From Octopus vulgaris (taxonomy: Eukaryota), in assembly GCA_951406725.2 (NCBI GenBank), contig OX597825.1:76136001-76200000 (forward strand): a stretch of 64,000 nucleotides of DNA, given 5' to 3'. Every line of letters starts with the position of its first letter. Within the stretch, counting starts at the first letter, position 1. This document shows positions 62,087 to 64,000 of this stretch, piece after piece. The position numbers and the translations under genes are program-made. The notes under the pieces were generated by a model. That model was not told the DNA's origin, did no database searches, and saw nothing but the letters and a program-made list of their open reading frames with translations.

Positions 62087-62590
62087 ATCTAATGTAGGAT
62101 AAAATTTTTTCATACTACTTTATGTTGTCTCAATGCTGTATGAAGAAAAAAAATTTTATCAGCAAAAAAATTTTATCCTACATTAGATATAAATTTAATA
62201 GTCATTTACTTTCGGACTCTCCCACTCCGTGAGTGCCTCAGTTCAAATTGCACGTGTCTTTAATGGGCTGGAGTATTTCTATGTTGGATTTATTTGGGGT
62301 ACTTAGTTGTGCTCATGACTTAGTGTTTGCTTTTTCCATGGGTATGAGTAAGTATCTCATTTACTTTTTTGCCACATGTATCACTGATGAAGGGAGGGTT
62401 CTTTTTGAACTAACCCTGAAATCGGTCCGATATGGTAATAATGGAATTTTTTAGAGATGTCTGTCAACCTTTTTTCGAGTAGTGTGTGTACTGGGAAAAA
62501 AATTATATGGTAAATGGACAGTATGTCCAATTTTCGGCATATTTGGCATTAGAAATTTTTTTGTTTGCCCTTATTTATAAGTTATATATA
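62081..62590 (+). mobile_element. Hammerhead-bearing element (family D) with a 5' inverted segment, flanked by (TA)n
   Basis: 62081-62110 is inverted to 62165-62194; homologous to 55298-55712. Confidence 0.75.
62379..62437 (+). ncRNA. Type I hammerhead ribozyme
   Basis: tatca-CTGATGA-AGGG-ag-GGTTC(TTTTT)GAACT-aa-CCCT-GAA-ATCG(GTC)CGAT-A-tggta. Confidence 0.9.
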
Positions 62591-62899
62591 TATTTAGATA
62601 TACACACTCACACACACACATTTATAAATATGATATATATATATGTGAATCATAATTTGTATGTATATATCAGGGATACTGGAAAATGATATATTTTCAA
62701 TCAAATTGTCTGAAGTCATATAAGGAATAGGTTATAAGTCAATAAAAGTGTCCTTCCAATCAACCACTTGGCATAGAGTAAATAGACAAACATTAATGTG
62801 AGCACTCACTGTGTGTGTGTGTGTGTGTGAATGTGTTCTGTCTGATATGCCATGGAAGACAAGGACCCTAGTGAGCTGCATTCTCAGCGTTACATGCTT

Positions 62900-63460
62900 T
62901 ATAATTTTCATAAGGGCAACAATGCAGCACATGTAATGTACTATATATGCTGACAGTATGAGAGTTCAGAAGTGTTAAAGGTGGTTTAACAAATTCAAAA
63001 ATGGTGACCAGAAAGATTGAATATTCTCAGTAATGACTCAGTGAAACAAGCAATTGAAGAGGATCTGCATCCAAGTATTGGGGCACTTATCCTGGAAGCT
63101 TAATAAACCTCAGTCCTCAGTACAAGATCATCTGAAGCAGCATGAGGGAGTGTATAGAGAAAAGAAGTGGGTACCTCATGGGATGTCCCCTGAGAAAAAG
63201 CAGTGCTTTCAACTAGCTAACGTAAGAAAACTTAAATTAATGAGGCTGGGAAGCTCTTCCTCATCCTTCATATTCATTCAGGTCACTTGAACACTTTAAC
63301 AGTAGAAAAATATTCAGAGGCAAAGACAATGTTGAAATAACACTCCAACCATTTTTCTGTTTTAAGAATCTGGTTTTTGTCTAAGGAATCAGAAAACTAG
63401 TTTTGAGGCAGCAAAATATTATTGCTAAGGATGGTGATTGTGTTTTGGATAAATAAATAT
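62900..63460 (+). mobile_element. Mariner transposase remnant
   Basis: RWFNKFKNGD, KWVPHG, GWEALPHPSYS and QNIIAKDGD. Confidence 0.8.
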
Positions 63461-63522
63461 ATTTATGATATGTTTCATGCTGATTTGAACACATTACATG
63501 TAACAGTACATTATGGTACTCC

Positions 63523-63556
<34 letters not shown>

Positions 63557-63557
63557 A

Positions 63558-63905
63558 ACTCTGCTGAAGCAAGTGAAATCGAAATTGAAATCAAATTCGA
63601 TGACTGGCATCCATTCTAGTGGAGCGCTAAGAGTACCATCCAAGCATGATCGTTGCCAGAGCAACAAACTGGCTTCCATGCCAGTGGCACGCAAAAAGCA
63701 CCATTCGAGCGTGATTGTTACTTGTGTCGCCTTACTAGCACTTGTGCTGGTGGCACATGAAAAAACATTCGAGCAAGGTCATTGCCAGTGCCGTTGGACT
63801 GGCTCCTGTGCAGCCATATGGTTTGCAAGACCTCAGTCAAATCGTCCAACCCATGCTAGCATGGAAAGCAGACGTTAAACGATGATGATGATGATGATGA
63901 TGGTG
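63558..63905 (+). mobile_element. RTE 3' UTR fragment with (GAT)n tail
   Basis: Matches 26190-26650. Confidence 0.85.
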
Positions 63906-64000
63906 ATGATATATATATGTGTGTATATATATAAACACATACACACACACTCACACACACACACACACACACATATATTGAATACATAAACACATACATA

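Overview
AT-rich, microsatellite-dense eukaryotic DNA. The SINE/LINE repertoire points to a coleoid cephalopod, probably Octopus (inference). Almost all ORFs in the supplied track are spurious or are transposon fragments. The window holds many decayed RTE LINEs (carrying a PHD-type finger inside the RT), Penelope-like (PLE) remnants, R4-like, Tx1-like and CR1-like LINE ends, tRNA-derived SINEs, Helitrons and mariner/pogo remnants. An ~8.8-kb tandem duplication either side of a 100-N gap is probably an uncollapsed haplotype. Two signals are not apparent from the ORF track. (1) About 18 type I hammerhead-ribozyme motifs (three of them copies within the duplication; 9 with intact cores) from several families sit in short non-coding tandem or inverted units that look like retrozymes or non-autonomous PLEs. 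The best case is a 476-bp unit at 33121-34164 whose 405-bp foldback puts a complete hammerhead on both strands. (2) Two phase-compatible minus-strand exons (32485-32709 and 19816-20009) encode a signal-peptide-bearing protein, so several ribozymes lie in sense orientation in its introns. All structures were paired by eye; no database searches or folding were run.
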